Shown here one piece after another: positions 62,529 to 64,000 of a stretch of 64,000 bases of DNA. The DNA is taken from contig JAHFCE010000006.1 of the NCBI GenBank assembly GCA_023249675.1, forward strand, positions 72,325 to 136,324, read 5' to 3'. Origin of the DNA: Elusimicrobiota bacterium. GTDB lineage: Bacteria > Elusimicrobiota > Elusimicrobia > UBA1565 > UBA9628. The position numbers and the translations under genes are program-made. The number at the start of each line of letters is the position of its first letter. Position 1 is the stretch's first letter. Below the pieces are notes generated by a model. It was not told the origin of the DNA and made no database searches. It was given only the letters and a program-made list of their open reading frames with translations.

Positions 62529-64000
62529 TGTTCCGCTCGCCCGCTTGGCTCGCCGCCGCGCTCCTCGTCCTCCCCGCGGCCTGGGCGCTGCTCCGCTGGG
62601 CCGAGGCCCGTCGCCACCTTGTCGCCGAGGCGATGGGCCGCAGCGCGACGCTCAAACGCACGGACAGCACCGCCCCCTCGCGGCGCAGCGCTGGCCTCCT
62701 GCGCCTGGCCGCAACCGCCTTCCTTCTGCTCGCGCTCGCCGGACCGCAGTTCGGCATCGAGCTCGTGGAGACGCGCTCCGACTCGCGCCAGGCGGTGATC
62801 GCAGTCGACGTCTCGCTCTCGATGCTGACGCCGGACGTCAAGCCCAACCGCCTCGAGCGCGCGAAGTCCTCGCTGTCTTTGCTCATCGACCAGCTGCGCG
62901 GCGAGCGCATCGGAGTCGTCGCGTTCGCGGGCGACGCGCAGACCGTCTGCCCGCTCACGCAGGACGCCGACGCGGCCAAGCGGCTGCTCGGCGCGCTCGC
63001 GATCGGCGCGGTGCCCACGCCCGGCACCGCGATCGGCGGCGCGCTGCGCGCCTCGGTGGCTCTCCTCGGCCGCTATCCGGGCGGCAAGGCCGTGATCCTG
63101 CTCACCGACGGCGAGGATCACAAGTCCGACCCACTGGGCGCCGCGCGCGAGGCCGCCGCCGCCGGCGTGCGTGTTTTTACGGTCGGCATCGGCACTCCCG
63201 AAGGCGAGCCGATCCCGGCCGAGAGCGGGGCCTATCATAAAGACGCCCGGGGCGGAACGGTCGTCAGCCGCCTGGATGAGAGCACGCTCGCCATGATCGC
63301 GCGCGAGACCGGCGGCGCCTATTACCGCACCACGCCCGGTTCCGACGAGATCGCCGACATCGCCAAACGCGTCCGCGATCTCGACGCGGCCAAGGGCGTC
63401 TCCGGTACGACGAACCTGTGGCGCAACCGCTACGCCTGGCCGGCATCCGCGGCCTTCCTGCTCCTGCTGCTCGAGCTGATCCTTCCTTCGCGCGCCGCCA
63501 TCCTCGCCGCGCTGGTTTTGCTCGCGACGGCCGAACCTTCAGCCGCGGCCACGGCGGAAGGCAAGCTCCGCGCGGGCAATCAGCTCTACGCCAAGGAACA
63601 GTACGCGACGGCCCTCGAACGCTACGGTGAGGCCGCCGCAAAAAAACCGCGGGACCCGCGCCCGTCGTTCAACGCGGGCGACGCCCTGTACCGCCTCGAC
63701 AATATCGAGGATTCGGGCGCGGCGTTTCAGTCCGTGGCCGAACGCCGGGACGTCACCCCCGCCGTGCGAGCGGCGGCTTTATACAACCTCGGCAACGCCC
63801 GTTTCAGGAGCGGGGACTTTCCGGCGGCCGCGGCCGCCTTCCGCGCCGCGCTCGCGCTGTCTGCGTCCGACGCGGACGCGCGCCGCAACCTGGCCGTGAC
63901 GATCAAGAAGCTCAAGAACCCGCCGCCGCACAAGAAAGCCGGTCAGGACAAGAAGGACAAGTCCAACGGCGGGGGCGGCGAGAAGGATCAGCCGAAAAGT
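62528..64000 (+). CDS. BatB-like VWA protein fused to a BatC-like TPR region (partial, runs off the window)
   Basis: Absent from the ORF track (no stop); manual translation gives MFRSPAWL...LAGPQFG...VDVSLSM...LLTDGEDH...RYAWP, continuing in frame into RAGNQLY...ALYNLGNARF...ARRNL. Confidence 0.85.
   Translation, partial: MFRSPAWLAAALLVLPAAWALLRWAEARRHLVAEAMGRSATLKRTDSTAPSRRSAGLLRLAATAFLLLALAGPQFGIELVETRSDSRQAVIAVDVSLSMLTPDVKPNRLERAKSSLSLLIDQLRGERIGVVAFAGDAQTVCPLTQDADAAKRLLGALAIGAVPTPGTAIGGALRASVALLGRYPGGKAVILLTDGEDHKSDPLGAAREAAAAGVRVFTVGIGTPEGEPIPAESGAYHKDARGGTVVSRLDESTLAMIARETGGAYYRTTPGSDEIADIAKRVRDLDAAKGVSGTTNLWRNRYAWPASAAFLLLLLELILPSRAAILAALVLLATAEPSAAATAEGKLRAGNQLYAKEQYATALERYGEAAAKKPRDPRPSFNAGDALYRLDNIEDSGAAFQSVAERRDVTPAVRAAALYNLGNARFRSGDFPAAAAAFRAALALSASDADARRNLAVTIKKLKNPPPHKKAGQDKKDKSNGGGGEKDQPKS

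Noticed and set aside
1..64000. CRISPR arrays, rRNA, transposases, integrases, prophage genes, reverse transcriptases
   Set aside because: None recognised; the repeats found are protein-level (Kelch, FN3, TPR, HEAT, PASTA, SBP paralogy) or short operators

Overview
High-GC, gene-dense bacterial chromosomal window with about 55 CDS and one tRNA-Gly(CCC). The gene content (PorV/UPF0164-like paralogues, a giant Kelch/FN3 protein with a T9SS-like C-terminal domain, KdsC and an ArnT-like enzyme, a pilin-like domain) points to a diderm and suggests Elusimicrobiota, but the taxonomy is inferred, not shown. Housekeeping blocks: EIIA-APC permease-def-fmt-PASTA; hemD-thiolase; PPTase-carboxyltransferase; response regulator-prfC; a 17-kb peptide-uptake cluster (RAM domain, OppD/F, OPT, three binding proteins, OppB/C, acyl-CoA ligase, tRNA nucleotidyltransferase, PepA, FolE); SpoIID-lipoprotein-sugar kinase-rpiB-tal/pgi-kdsC; and a MoxR/Bat operon running off the right edge. 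Most notable: (1) a 2.7-kb accessory islet at tRNA-Gly with an AbiEi/AbiEii pair and a second module (small DNA-binding-like protein + GSU2403-type nucleotidyltransferase) bracketed by two identically spaced palindromic sites and followed by a promoter and a structured leader; (2) a ~1,885-aa double-Kelch/FN3 protein with an HFS autoproteolysis-type motif just before a T9SS-like CTD, coupled to a PorV-like gene; (3) a recurring leaderless-gene signature (TANNNT 6-7 nt before start codons). All family calls come from motif recognition by eye; no searches were run.
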